The translations under genes were made by a program, and so were the position numbers. A model generated the notes under the pieces. That model was not told the DNA's origin. It ran no database searches and saw only the letters and a program-made list of their open reading frames with translations. From an uncultured Chloroflexia bacterium (GTDB lineage Bacteria > Chloroflexota > UBA5177): a DNA stretch of 64,000 nt. Shown here one piece after another: positions 1-10,029 of the stretch. The stretch's first letter is position 1. Every line of letters begins with the position of its first letter. The DNA lies in the NCBI GenBank assembly GCA_963737125.1, contig CAVTRL010000005.1:38870-102869 (forward strand). The letters are read 5' to 3'.

Positions 1-16
1 GGGAGTCGGCTCCGTA

Positions 17-265
17 TTGGTGGCGCTGACCGGTCAGCCAATATCAACCCACGTCATTCCGCTTGGTAAGGTGGCCTCCGAGCTTTTTCACGGGTCGAAA
101 CCGGCACTTTTGGACAGTGGCATCCTGCTTCTTTTCGCCACGCCGGTCGCCGGCGTGATCGTCGCCTTCGCGCATTTCGTGCGCATCCGAGACGTTGCGT
201 TCAGCGCCATTAGCGGCGCTCTCCTCCTCGTTCTGCTGGCAGGATTCCTGGTCGCCCTGCATTAA
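17..265 (+). CDS. DUF1634-like membrane protein (probably 5'-truncated by window edge)
   Basis: GILLLFATP...RDxxF...LLLVLL hydrophobic C-terminal pattern typical of DUF1634. Confidence 0.6.
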   Translation: MVALTGQPISTHVIPLGKVASELFHGSKPALLDSGILLLFATPVAGVIVAFAHFVRIRDVAFSAISGALLLVLLAGFLVALH

Positions 266-316
266 CTCGTGCGTGTCTCCACGTATAGTGGGACGTATCA
301 CAGGGAGGCGGACGGG

Positions 317-1123
317 GTGGCGAGAGATAGGAAGAAACCGACCGGCAGGGATCGGCCTGCTGCCCAAACGAGTTGGGACCCGCTCGCCTACTGGTACAAC
401 GGCTGGGTGGGAGAAGGAGGAAGCGAGCACCACCGCGCCGTCGCCGTACCCGCGACGCTCGCCTTGCTCGATCCGCAGCCGGGCGAACGAGTCCTGGACG
501 TCGGGGCTGGACAGGGCGTCCTGGCTCCGTCGATTGCACAGGCTCGGGCCAGATATGTAGGAATCGATGCCAGCCCTCGGCTTCTCGATATGGCTCGCAA
601 GCACCACGGCGGCGCCGGTCGGTTTCTGCTCGCGGACGCGCGCGCCATTTCCTCTCACAGGGAACTCGCTGCCGGATCATTTGATGCAGTCGTCTTTCTC
701 CTGAGCATTCAAGACATGGACCCGCTGGCGGCGGTACTGACCGGCGCCGCCTGGGCGCTAAAACCGGGTGGCCGCATCGTCATCATGATGACGCATCCGG
801 CTTTTCGGATACCTCGGCAGAGCGGTTGGGGATGGGACGAGGGTCGCAAATTGGTGTATCGACGCATCGATCGATATCTCAGTCCGCTGCCCGTACCGAT
901 GAAGACCCTTCCCGGCAGCGAGGCAACCACGCGCAGCTTTCACCGCCCGGTGAGCATGTACGTAAACGAGCTCGCGCAGCACGGCCTCTTGGTTGACCGT
1001 ATGGACGAGTTACCCGCCCACAAAATGTCGACTGCTGGAGGCAATGCTAAAGCAGTCGAGCTGGCACGGCGAGAGGTGCCGCTGTTCCTCGGTCTACGAG
1101 CGCGATCCATACGGCCGGGGTGA
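317..1123 (+). CDS. Class I SAM-dependent methyltransferase
   Basis: VLDVGAGQG motif I, GIDAS, SFDAVV, LKPGG; GTG at 317 follows GGAGG (304-308). Confidence 0.85.
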   Translation: MARDRKKPTGRDRPAAQTSWDPLAYWYNGWVGEGGSEHHRAVAVPATLALLDPQPGERVLDVGAGQGVLAPSIAQARARYVGIDASPRLLDMARKHHGGAGRFLLADARAISSHRELAAGSFDAVVFLLSIQDMDPLAAVLTGAAWALKPGGRIVIMMTHPAFRIPRQSGWGWDEGRKLVYRRIDRYLSPLPVPMKTLPGSEATTRSFHRPVSMYVNELAQHGLLVDRMDELPAHKMSTAGGNAKAVELARREVPLFLGLRARSIRPG

Positions 1124-1163
1124 CGGCGCCGGCGCCCGGCGCGCACCGGCCGATGCCGGCTAC

Positions 1164-1883
1164 TCAGGCGCAATTCGAATCGAGCGCTTTCAGAGGACGT
1201 GCCAGCAGCAGTCCATTCTGCTTCAGCCACGATCGGTGCAGCCGGTAGTCCGGGCACTGTTCTTCCACGCCCTTCCAGAAGCTGGGGGAGTGGTTCATCT
1301 CACGCCGGTGCATCAATTCGTGGACCACGACATAGTCCAGCACCGCAACTGGAGCCATGACCAAACGCCAATTGAAGTTGAGGTTTCCGGTGCTCGAGCA
1401 GCTACCCCACCTGGTGCGCTGATCGCGCACACTCAGTCGGAGATAGTCGATACCGATCGCTTTGCTCCACAGCTCGGCCCGCGCGGCGAGCATCTCACCG
1501 GCACGATCGATCAGGAAACGTTCCACGACCGGCGCGACGGCGCTGCCGGCGCGGAGCTCGACGGAGAGCGTTCGACCGATCATCGTCACAGTCGACCGGC
1601 GTGCGTCGCGATTGGAGACCACCACCTCATAATCCTCCCCCAGGTATTTCACAAACCCGGGTACCGCCCCATCCGCAGCTTCGAGCCGCTCCAGATGATC
1701 CGTGATCCAACGTGCATTCAAGCGCACCAGCGTATGCACGTCGGGCAGGGAAGCACGCTTTGGCACGACGATTTCCAGGTAGCCGTCGGGCACAATGCGC
1801 AGCTTGATGCTGCGTGCACGCGAGCTTCGGATGGTGATGTAGGGAACCGAGGCCCCCGGGAGGAGCACGGAGCCGCGTCCCAC
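1164..1883 (-). CDS. YgjP/DUF45 (M48-like) zinc metallopeptidase family protein
   Basis: RWGSCS, NWRL, DYVVVHELMH (HExxH), NHSPSFW. Confidence 0.88.
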   Translation of the reverse strand: MGRGSVLLPGASVPYITIRSSRARSIKLRIVPDGYLEIVVPKRASLPDVHTLVRLNARWITDHLERLEAADGAVPGFVKYLGEDYEVVVSNRDARRSTVTMIGRTLSVELRAGSAVAPVVERFLIDRAGEMLAARAELWSKAIGIDYLRLSVRDQRTRWGSCSSTGNLNFNWRLVMAPVAVLDYVVVHELMHRREMNHSPSFWKGVEEQCPDYRLHRSWLKQNGLLLARPLKALDSNCA

Positions 1884-1906
1884 TTCGTAGCGATGTCGTC
1901 TATCCG

Positions 1907-1935
1907 TTGACAGGTTTGGAGCCTCTTTCTATACT
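1907..1935 (+). promoter_or_regulatory. sigma70-type promoter for the structured RNA
   Basis: TTGACA (1907-1912), 17 nt, TATACT (1930-1935). Confidence 0.85.
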
Positions 1936-1940
1936 AAGAA

Positions 1941-2085
1941 GCATTCCGCTCGCGGTCTTTTCTTTCGATCCAACGCTTTTGCCGAGGGACAGCGTTTCCG
2001 CTCTGCCCGAGGGCTCGTGGAGCAACGTCCCACCTTGGAATCAGGGGTCGGCAAGGAAGAGGCCGCAGGGCGGTTTGTTCTTTTT
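1941..2085 (+). ncRNA. ssrS: Putative 6S RNA (compact rod-like RNA with central bubble)
   Basis: 1946-1971 pairs with 2045-2073; bubble at 1972-1981/2039-2044; inner stem CCGAGG/CCTTGG with 6S-like CCCACCTTGG (2029-2038); strong promoter upstream and U-tract downstream. Confidence 0.6.
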
Positions 2086-2213
2086 CGCTGGGTCAGTAGT
2101 TCCGGCATGTTCCGTGTATCATACTCCAACCAGGTACCGGCCCGAAGCCAAATCTCGCTTTGTTATGAGAAGCACGTCGCGCCTGGGCCTGACTCTGGAG
2201 AAGGAAGGAACGC

Positions 2214-3257
2214 ATGGTCATTGTCATGCAGGTCGGCGCTCCGGAATCCGCCGTGCAAGAGGTCGTTCGCCAGGTGGAAGCCACCGGATTTCAGCCGTTC
2301 ATCAACCCGGGGATCGAGCGTAGGGTGATCGCGGTGCTCGGCGATGTCGACATCAACAAATACGAGCTTGTGGACGTATTCGCGAACTTACCCGGTGTGG
2401 AACGGGTGGATCTGATTTCAGATCCATTCAAGCTTTCTTCCCGCCAGTATCACCCCGAGGATCTCGTGGTGCGAGTGGGTGACACCTACATTGGCGGTCC
2501 GGAATTGACCATCATCGGCGGCCCGTGCAGCGTTGAATCGGAAGAGCAGATTATCGCCGCGGCCGAGGCGGTGCGAACAGCCGGCGCTACCATGCTGCGA
2601 GGCGGAGCGTTCAAGCCGCGTTCCTCGCCACACAGTTTTCAGGGTCTGGGAGAATTAGGTCTGAGGCTGCTTCAGAACGCCGGACGTCACGTTGGATTGC
2701 CGGTCGTCACCGAGGTGCTGGACACGCATGATGTCGATATCGTGTGCCGGTACGCGGACATGCTTCAGATCGGAGCACGCAACATGCAAAACTTTGCTTT
2801 ATTGCGTCGCGTGGGGGAAAGCGGACATCCGGTGCTGCTGAAACGGGGGCCGGGCGCCAAGATCAAAGATCTCCTCATGGCGGCCGAGTATGTGATGGTC
2901 GAGGGAAACGATCAGGTCGTCCTCTGCGAACGCGGTATCACGACGTTCGAAGATGCCGCGCGGTATACAACAGATATCAACGCCGTGCCGATACTGAAAG
3001 GTACCAGCCACCTCCCGGTGCTGATTGATCCGAGCCACAGTACAGGCGATTGGCGCTACGTCGCGGCCATTGCGCGTGCCGGCATCGCGGCAGGCGCCGA
3101 CGGTGTGATCGTGGAGGTACACCCCGATCCACAACACGCGCGGTCCGACGGCAAGCAGTCGCTCAAGCCCAGGCGATTCGCCGAGCTCGTGGACGACGTG
3201 ACGCGCATCGGTCAGGCAGTCGGTAGGTCGGTTATGGTAGCGCCGGCGCGGGCTTAG
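2214..3257 (+). CDS. aroF: DAHP synthase, class I-beta with N-terminal regulatory domain
   Basis: GPCSVES, RGGAFKPRSSP, QIGARNMQN, LLKRG, CERGI, DPSHSTG, EVHPDP; AAGGA RBS. Confidence 0.95.
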   Translation: MVIVMQVGAPESAVQEVVRQVEATGFQPFINPGIERRVIAVLGDVDINKYELVDVFANLPGVERVDLISDPFKLSSRQYHPEDLVVRVGDTYIGGPELTIIGGPCSVESEEQIIAAAEAVRTAGATMLRGGAFKPRSSPHSFQGLGELGLRLLQNAGRHVGLPVVTEVLDTHDVDIVCRYADMLQIGARNMQNFALLRRVGESGHPVLLKRGPGAKIKDLLMAAEYVMVEGNDQVVLCERGITTFEDAARYTTDINAVPILKGTSHLPVLIDPSHSTGDWRYVAAIARAGIAAGADGVIVEVHPDPQHARSDGKQSLKPRRFAELVDDVTRIGQAVGRSVMVAPARA

Positions 3258-3296
3258 CTGGACTCTTTCCATTTGGCAGGGACAGACATGGACCTG

Positions 3297-3761
3297 TCAG
3301 TCTGCCTCGGAAAGTATCTTCGCCCAGGTTGCTCCAAGCTCCCTCAACTCTCCCGCGCTCAGTCGATTGGTGAACTGGATACGGATGACAGCATTGTGGG
3401 TGACCCGCGCCTCGTCCAGGCGTGCTGCTCCAAGATCGGTCAATACCGCCCGTAAACCCCGTGCGTCAGTAGGGTCAGTCTGCCGCCCCACCAGGCGCGC
3501 TCGAACCAGCCGATCCACGAGTCGGGACATGCCGCTCGGAGTGAGCATTACCCGCTCTGCCAACTCGGACATGCGAAGGCGATAATCCGGGGCGTTGAAC
3601 AGGGTGATCAGGACGTCGAACTCGCGAACTGAAATTTGATGGCAGGCGAAAAGCTCCCGGTCTAGATCGCGCGTGACGCGGCTGTAGAGGGTCAGCATGC
3701 CGTGCCAGGCAGCAAGCTCGTCGTCGCTGAACTGTGCTCCGGCGGAACTGGGGCTTGACAA
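3297..3761 (-). CDS. MarR family transcriptional regulator
   Basis: LRMSELAERV...SGMSRLVDRL wHTH, DxxDAR wing, LTDLG. Confidence 0.9.
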   Translation of the reverse strand: MSSPSSAGAQFSDDELAAWHGMLTLYSRVTRDLDRELFACHQISVREFDVLITLFNAPDYRLRMSELAERVMLTPSGMSRLVDRLVRARLVGRQTDPTDARGLRAVLTDLGAARLDEARVTHNAVIRIQFTNRLSAGELRELGATWAKILSEAD

Positions 3762-3843
3762 GGGTCATACCTCGTGATAACTTGTTTGCACACACAAATA
3801 ATATACGCCTTTGATATATGTGTCAAGCCAGGAGGATCGCACG

Positions 3844-4216
3844 GTGTACATGGCTTCAGCAGTCGTCTGTTCGACCGATCTGGCACGAAGTCAGGATTTC
3901 TACGAGAACAAGGTAGGGCTCCGCCTTTTACCGGGGACGATCCCGAACCACCTGCTCTTCGAAACGGGTGATGGCACGTCTATGCTCGTCTACGGACGTC
4001 CCTCATCCAACCAAGCCGACCACACCCAGGTCCGCTTTTGGACGCGAGACATCGCGGCCGATGTGAAAGGCGCTAGTAGACCGGGGAATCGTGTTCGATG
4101 AGCTCGACATGGGGACGATCAAGACGGTCGACCACATCGCAACGACACCAATCGGCAAATCGGCGTGGTTTAAGGACCCCGACGGCAACACTCTCGCACT
4201 GTTCCAGTCGGCATAG
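3844..4216 (+). pseudogene. VOC/glyoxalase family protein, frameshifted at ~4067-4070
   Basis: N-part DLARSQDFYENKVGL...HTQVRFW; shifted frame continues ALVDRGIVF...AWFKDPDGNTLALFQSA* (TAG 4214-4216); one extra base in AAAGG. Confidence 0.8.
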
Positions 4217-4303
4217 GCCGGCCCGACCGCATCAGATGACGAATACGGCGCTACCCAAGCTGGCCTACGCCAACGAACGATTCGACACGAAAGGAACAAG
4301 CAC

Positions 4304-4654
4304 ATGAGCCTGATCGCATTTGTCGCACCAATCCTTCCCGGGAAGCGGGACCAGTGGGACGCCTTCATGGCGGACCTCAGCGGTCCTCGACACAGTGAGT
4401 TCAATGCCAGCAGGCAGCGTCATGGCATTCACGAGCGGAACTTTCTTCAGACGACACCCATGGGAGACCTCGTGATCGTCACGCTGGAAGGCGACAACCC
4501 CCTGGAAGCACTCGGTGCCATCGTCAACTCCGACGACGCCTTCACCAACTGGTTCGTCCAGCAAGTACAGGAGATCCACGGCTTCAATCTCCGTCAACCT
4601 CCGGAGCACCCACCGCACATCATTCTCGACTCCGAAACACCGACCACCACATAG
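4304..4654 (+). CDS. Conserved hypothetical protein (possible dimeric alpha-beta barrel)
   Basis: AAAGGA RBS, 116 aa, plausible globular composition. Confidence 0.7.
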   Translation: MSLIAFVAPILPGKRDQWDAFMADLSGPRHSEFNASRQRHGIHERNFLQTTPMGDLVIVTLEGDNPLEALGAIVNSDDAFTNWFVQQVQEIHGFNLRQPPEHPPHIILDSETPTTT

Positions 4655-4811
4655 AGCGTCCTCCGCACCGTCGTCAGCTTCTCGATAGTACGTTATAGGG
4701 AAGTTGATCCGCCCCATGGGAGCAGAGTTGCGTGAGACAATCATGCCGCGGCAAATGAGGAGCCTTTGGATGCCGGGGCGACTCTGATCACAACCCTTTG
4801 ATCCTGTTACG

Positions 4812-5786
4812 TCACCCCGTCTCCGTGACCGGTTTCGGCTGGCCTTCAACTGCCCCGGAACCGGTCACTTGACCGTACACCGCGATAAATCCCTGCCGCC
4901 AACTGGGATAGCGAAGCGTCCAGCCCAGCTCTCGCTTCGCTTTAGCGTTGGAGGCACCACGCGAGTCGGTGGCCATGACGACGGCGGCCTCGCCGGCGAC
5001 CAGCCGGGCGAGCCAGACCGGGACGTGACGGGGCGGCTTGGCGCCGAGCACGGCCGCGAGCACCGGCAACCACTCGCGCACCGGGGCAGGCTCGTCGTCG
5101 ACGATGTTGTAGACCGCTGGGCCATCGTGCGCCAGTGCGAGGACGGTTGCGGCGGCAGCGTCCTCGAGGTGGATCCAGGAAGTCGTGCCGCCACCATCTC
5201 CGACGATGGGGAACATCCGCTTGCGCACCGGCCCGATCAGGGCGTCGTTGGCAGCGCCATAGAAACCACCGTAACGCAAGGAGATCCCACCAAAGTCCGC
5301 GACCGCCTGCTCGAGATACGTCAGCGCGGCGATGCCCTGCTGCGTGTTGGGCGGCGGAGTTGAGTCGACGGGATCGTCTTCCGTCTTGATTGGTCCGCCC
5401 TCGCGAGCGTAGCGGAAAGGGGCGAAGCTCTGCACGACGAATCGGCGCACGCCGGCCTCACGCGCACCAGCCAGGAGCGCGGCGGTGCCCTTTGTTCGCA
5501 GCTCAAGCGTCTGGGCGAAGCTCTTATCCAGGTTGCGGCCAAACTTCACGTGTGCCAGCGCTGTCGCCTGGTGCACGATCGCCTCGGGTTGGGCGTCGAA
5601 GATTGCCTGGCGCGTGGCCTGTGCATCGAGCAGATCGAGCTCGACCGGCTTTGCCCCCTGTGCCCGCAGACGCTCCGCGCCGCCTGGTGAGTGGTACGTG
5701 CCGATTACCTCGTGGCCGGCATCCACGAGCTGAGGAACCAGTTGGGTGCCGATCGCGCCGGTTGCTCCTGCGACGAAGACTCGCAT
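4812..5786 (-). CDS. NAD-dependent epimerase/dehydratase family protein
   Basis: MRVFVAGATGAIG Rossmann motif, LRYGGFYG, WIHLEDAA, YNIVDDEP; AAGGAG RBS. Confidence 0.9.
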   Translation of the reverse strand: MRVFVAGATGAIGTQLVPQLVDAGHEVIGTYHSPGGAERLRAQGAKPVELDLLDAQATRQAIFDAQPEAIVHQATALAHVKFGRNLDKSFAQTLELRTKGTAALLAGAREAGVRRFVVQSFAPFRYAREGGPIKTEDDPVDSTPPPNTQQGIAALTYLEQAVADFGGISLRYGGFYGAANDALIGPVRKRMFPIVGDGGGTTSWIHLEDAAAATVLALAHDGPAVYNIVDDEPAPVREWLPVLAAVLGAKPPRHVPVWLARLVAGEAAVVMATDSRGASNAKAKRELGWTLRYPSWRQGFIAVYGQVTGSGAVEGQPKPVTETG

Positions 5787-5894
5787 CGTGTTCTCCTTAC
5801 GGTGACTTGTCACTTGTTCGAGACGCGGGAAGACGGAAACCCGACGGATGCCATTGTGCCTTCCGACTTCCCGTCTGTCGTGGATCATCACTAT

Positions 5895-5921
5895 GACACT
5901 TGGCCATGGCAAAATGTGACC
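5895..5921 (-). promoter_or_regulatory. ECF41-type promoter driving the epimerase gene
   Basis: Minus strand GGTCACA-N16-TGTC resembles the ECF41 consensus TGTCACA-N16-(C/T)GTC and lies next to an ECF41 sigma gene. Confidence 0.7.
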
Positions 5922-5922
5922 G

Positions 5923-6813
5923 ATGAATGAGAACGAGTGGCTGGCGAGTCGATTCGAGGAGCACCGGTCCCACTTGCGGGCAGTTGCCTATCGGATGCTC
6001 GGCTCGCTCACCGAGGTTGACGACGCCGTGCAGGAGACCTGGCTGCGGTTAAGCCGGTCTCGAGCAAGCGAGATCGAGAACCCTGACACGTGGTTGACCA
6101 CGGTCATTGCCCGGGTGTGCCTGAACATGCTGCGAGCGCGCAAAGTGCGACGTGAGGAACATTTCGACGGGCACTTACCCGATCCCCTTATCAGTCCCGA
6201 CAGAGATCTCCGGCCGGAGGAGGCGGCGGTTCTGGCGGATTCCGTGGGTCTTGCTCTCCTCGTTGTGCTCGACACCCTGAACCCAGCCGAGAGGCTGGCA
6301 TTTGTCCTCCACGACACGTTTGCGTTTCCTTTCGACGAGATCGCTTCCATGATCGGCCGATCGCCTGAGGCGGCGAGGCAGCTCGCCAGCCGGGCAAGGC
6401 GTCGCGTGAGAGGCGCCTCCATCCCGACTCCGGACCCCGACCGTGCGAGACAGCGCGAGGTAGTCGATGCCTTCTTTGCAGCGGCGCGGCGCGGTGACTT
6501 CGAGGGTCTCGTCGCGGTGCTCCATCCCGATGCCGTGCTGCGCGCCGACTTTGGCGCCAGGCGCCCCCGCTCTCCCAAAGAATTCCATGGCGCAGAGGCC
6601 ATCGCCCGACAGGCATTCACCGGCTCGCTACCGGACGCTCGCCTGCACCCTGCGCTGATCAACGGAGCGGCCGGAGTGGTCGTTACGGTCTACGGTCGAC
6701 CTTTCGCCGTGATGGCTTTCACCGTCGCCGAGGGCAAGATCCTCACGATAGACGCCATTGCCGGTACCGAGCGTATCCGGAGAATCGCAGCGGCTGTCCT
6801 CGACGAGGCGTAA
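5923..6813 (+). CDS. ECF41 (SigJ-like) sigma factor with C-terminal SnoaL-like domain
   Basis: AYRMLGS, DAVQETWLR, LPDP linker, ERLAFVLHD, RQLASRARRRV, INGAAG. Confidence 0.9.
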   Translation: MNENEWLASRFEEHRSHLRAVAYRMLGSLTEVDDAVQETWLRLSRSRASEIENPDTWLTTVIARVCLNMLRARKVRREEHFDGHLPDPLISPDRDLRPEEAAVLADSVGLALLVVLDTLNPAERLAFVLHDTFAFPFDEIASMIGRSPEAARQLASRARRRVRGASIPTPDPDRARQREVVDAFFAAARRGDFEGLVAVLHPDAVLRADFGARRPRSPKEFHGAEAIARQAFTGSLPDARLHPALINGAAGVVVTVYGRPFAVMAFTVAEGKILTIDAIAGTERIRRIAAAVLDEA

Positions 6814-6873
6814 TCGCTCCGCTAGCTCGGGTGCAGCCGGACCGAGCTCTGTACACGGACCGAAACCCTCGCT

Positions 6874-7512
6874 TTACGTGGTGCCGAAATACCTGTCCCC
6901 AAAATCGCCCAGGCCGGGAAGAATGTATTTCTTCTCGTTGAGACCACGGTCGATGACAGTCGTGAATACGCGCACATCCGGGTGCCGTTCGTTGAGCAGG
7001 GCGATGCCTTCCGGCGCGGCAAGGACACAGGCCAGGCGAATGGTGCTCGCCCGGTTCTGTTTCAACAGCTCGATCGTCGCCAGCGCCGACCCTCCGGTGG
7101 CAAGCATTGGGTCGAGAATGATCGCCTCGGCGTCGGCCAGCTGCGCGGGAAGCTTTTGATAGTAACTATGGGCGATGGCCGTGGTCTCATCGCGCTCCAA
7201 ACCGACAAATCCCACCTTGCTGCCCGGCACGAAATCGCTCATGGCGTCGAGCATGGCGAGCCCGGCGCGCAGTACCGGAACAAAGATGACGCTTCGGTCC
7301 AGCACGTGTCCCGACATTTCCTCAAGTGGCGTTTGAACGCGTACTTCGCGCATCGGGAGATCCTCGAGTACGTGGAAGGCAAGGATCAGTGCGAGGAGCC
7401 GAGCATGCCGTCGAAAGATGTCGGTGCCGGTATGCACATCGCGCAGTGCCACCAACGAATTATGAACTAGCGGGTGTTCCACGACCGTGACGCGCTGTGC
7501 ATCGGTACTCAC
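6874..7512 (-). CDS. upp: Uracil phosphoribosyltransferase
   Basis: VPVLRAG, DPMLATGGS, YILPGLGDFGDR. Confidence 0.95.
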   Translation of the reverse strand: MSTDAQRVTVVEHPLVHNSLVALRDVHTGTDIFRRHARLLALILAFHVLEDLPMREVRVQTPLEEMSGHVLDRSVIFVPVLRAGLAMLDAMSDFVPGSKVGFVGLERDETTAIAHSYYQKLPAQLADAEAIILDPMLATGGSALATIELLKQNRASTIRLACVLAAPEGIALLNERHPDVRVFTTVIDRGLNEKKYILPGLGDFGDRYFGTT

Positions 7513-7563
7513 TCACAACCTCCTCGTCGCTCCACTATACGGCCTCTCGGATTGCCCCTGGCC

Positions 7564-7579
7564 CGGCACCTGGATTGCA
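7564..7579 (+). promoter_or_regulatory. sigma54-like -24/-12 element
   Basis: CGGCAC-CTGGA-TTGCA (GG-N10-GC) upstream of the small hydrophilic ORF at 7700. Confidence 0.5.
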
Positions 7580-7699
7580 TGGCGCGATTCGTGCCGGACG
7601 ATCGTAAAACGGTACGAGTATATGCCGGATCCGGCCCTGCCCCTTAGCTGCCAGGTCGGCCCCGAGCCCCCAACCGGCGCCAGAAAACGGAGTAACAGC

Positions 7700-7918
7700 A
7701 TGGAACAAGGAAACAGCAAGACGAGCGAGAATACGACCTCACATGCCCCGGAAAATCCGGTCGAGGACGCTGGAACGCAATCGGACGTCACCCCCTCCCA
7801 ACAGCATTCTCTTCCAGACGGCGGGGACTTGAGCTCCGGTCAAGGAGTAGGCGGATCCAAGGTGGACCCATTGAGTACGGGTCCAAATGTCGAGGGAACG
7901 ATCGCGGGACGGAACTAA
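7700..7918 (+). CDS. Small hydrophilic, probably disordered protein (72 aa)
   Basis: GGAG RBS, ATG 7700, G/S/T/E/D-rich. Confidence 0.6.
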   Translation: MEQGNSKTSENTTSHAPENPVEDAGTQSDVTPSQQHSLPDGGDLSSGQGVGGSKVDPLSTGPNVEGTIAGRN

Positions 7919-8085
7919 AACCCGTCGGGTACCGCGTCGCGACGCATCTCAGGATCGGACGACGAAGGACCACTGCCTGCTTCGACATCGGTCGGTGACG
8001 TGTCCGACGCGGCGTCGGTTTCGTGAGCGGCGTGGTCCTGGGGATCGTTTTGCTCGTGCATTTCAATATCTCGTTCGTTCATCAT
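7915..8085 (-). CDS. Small acidic protein (56 aa), not in ORF track
   Basis: GAGGAG RBS at 8097-8102; MMNERDIEMHEQNDPQDHAAHETDAASDTSPTDVEAGSGPSSSDPEMRRDAVPDGF*. Confidence 0.5.
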   Translation of the reverse strand: MMNERDIEMHEQNDPQDHAAHETDAASDTSPTDVEAGSGPSSSDPEMRRDAVPDGF

Positions 8086-8152
8086 GCTGGCCAGTACTCC
8101 TCAAAGATCGGCGATGGAATGCACCTTCCGTCGGTGTGACTCTCATGCCCGA

Positions 8153-9854
8153 TCACGATGTGCTCCCGATACGTACTCTGGACCAATCATTTCCAACCGG
8201 CCAGACCGAACCATTGGCGGGCACGAGACCGTGGATTCGCGGCGGTATTATGTAGAGTCCGTTCACGTAGCCAACGCTGATCCAGTATCCGCCGGATAGA
8301 GCGATGCGTTGCGCTTCATCGTATAAGGTCGCTCGCTCCCTGGGGTTCTGTTCGATATCGGCCCGATCCACCAGGCGGTCGTAGCGCGCGCTGCGAAAAT
8401 TGCCGACATTGTCGGGTGCCGTCGATCGCATCTGATTCGAACACCAGTCGGAGGCATCGGGATAGTCGGCAAGCCACAGATTCTCGATGATGGTCTGTTG
8501 CTGTCCCGCGGTACTCATATTCTGTGACGTCGCTCCGAGCCACTTTTGTTGACTAATGGGCTCGATGGTCACATCGGCACCGATGGCCCTCAAGTCACCG
8601 GCGATCGCGTTATACTCGCGCACCACGTCGGGTGTGTTCTGGACGGCCATGCGCACGTTATGAAGCCCGCCGGCACATAATTCGCGTTCGCGGCGCGCAC
8701 GTGCCGGATCGTAGCTGGGAATACCCGGCTGCGCCCCAAAATATCCTGGAAGTCCGGGTGGGAGCATGTCATACAGCGGTCCCTGGGCGCCGCCCAGCAC
8801 GGTATCGTTCACCGCCTTTCGATTGATTGCGTACGCCACGGCCAGCCGGCAATGGATGTCGTTGAACGGTGCTATCCCGGCATTGGGCGTGATATAGTCG
8901 GTTTCCAATTCCGGCGCGCGCATGAACCCCTTCATCGATTTCGCCGCACCCATATCGGACGGCGGCACAACGGCGCCATCCACGGCTCCCGACTGATACG
9001 CTTTGAACACATCATCGGCCGTGGGAAATATCGGAGCGTGCATCGTAATACGCGGCTTCGGACCGTAATAGTAGGGATTAGCAACGAGATTGATCGCGGG
9101 CTCGGTCCCACGGGCGTAAAACGAATCGACCGTAGGTTTGCTGTTTCTACATTTGAATTCGAACGGTCCGGCTCCTACGGAGCCGGTACACGCGTTGGTG
9201 AGATACGCTCCTGCCGGTTTTCCGGTCATGGTACGCGGATCGAGAATGTCTGCCACGGGTCCCGCCAGCGCGGTCAAGAACACCGCTACCGGTTTGTCTA
9301 GAGTCATGCGCACAGAGTTGTTTCCCACCGCCATAACTCCGGGTAGACGGGTGGTCCGGCCGCTGTTGAACGCATCTGCTCCCTTGAGATGCCCCAGGTC
9401 GGTGAGCGCGTCGAACGACCGCGTAGCGGGCAGTAGAGCACGGCGTATACTCCACACCACGGCAGCGGGAGTTACCTTATCGCCGTTACTGAACCGAGCG
9501 TTGGGGCGCAGCGAGAACGTATAAACACGTCCTTTGTCGGTCACCGCCCATCTGCCGGCGAGGTCGCCGACGACGTGCAGACTGGGATACGACAGCTTCA
9601 CAAGATTGGCATTGACAAGAGACACGATATTGAGGGCGGCGGTCCCGGTGGCCACGGCCGGGTCGAGTGAATCGGGCCACGCTTCTCCATAGCCCGCCCA
9701 CCAATTCAGCGTGGTGGAGGGCCGTTGAGCTGGTGCCTGTTGAAGTACTCTTCGTCAGCGCGGAGTGAGAACTGCCTCCACATCCGGCGGCGAACGTTGC
9801 AAGAAGGACACCGACCGCTAGCCAGCTTGTTTTACCCGTTCCAAGGCTTACCAT
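8153..9854 (-). CDS. OppA-like (family 5) ABC substrate-binding lipoprotein, frameshifted at ~9712-9757
   Basis: Lipobox LATFAAG-C in one frame; DSLDPA, YTFSLR, GAGPF, RLAVAYAINR, WLADYPDA in the next frame. Confidence 0.8.
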
Positions 9855-10029
9855 ACCCATCCCCTCTGCCGGTCGCGGTGGCGGTCTCGTGCCACGGCAC
9901 GCGTTTCGGCGCTCCCCGAGGGCTTTATCATACGCGGCGAACTCGGTCCTGGACGAGCGGAACGTATCCCTCACCACCTGCCGGTGGTCCCAGAATGTAT
10001 CGCGGATACATGCGGGTCCGGCCCGTTGT

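Noticed and set aside
1941-2213. T-box riboswitch upstream of aroF
   Set aside because: No T-box GGTGG-ACC element or specifier stem is visible; the rod structure fits a 6S-like RNA better.
3780-3799. MarR operator between marR and the VOC gene
   Set aside because: Only 14/20 symmetric; plausible but too weak to list as a feature.
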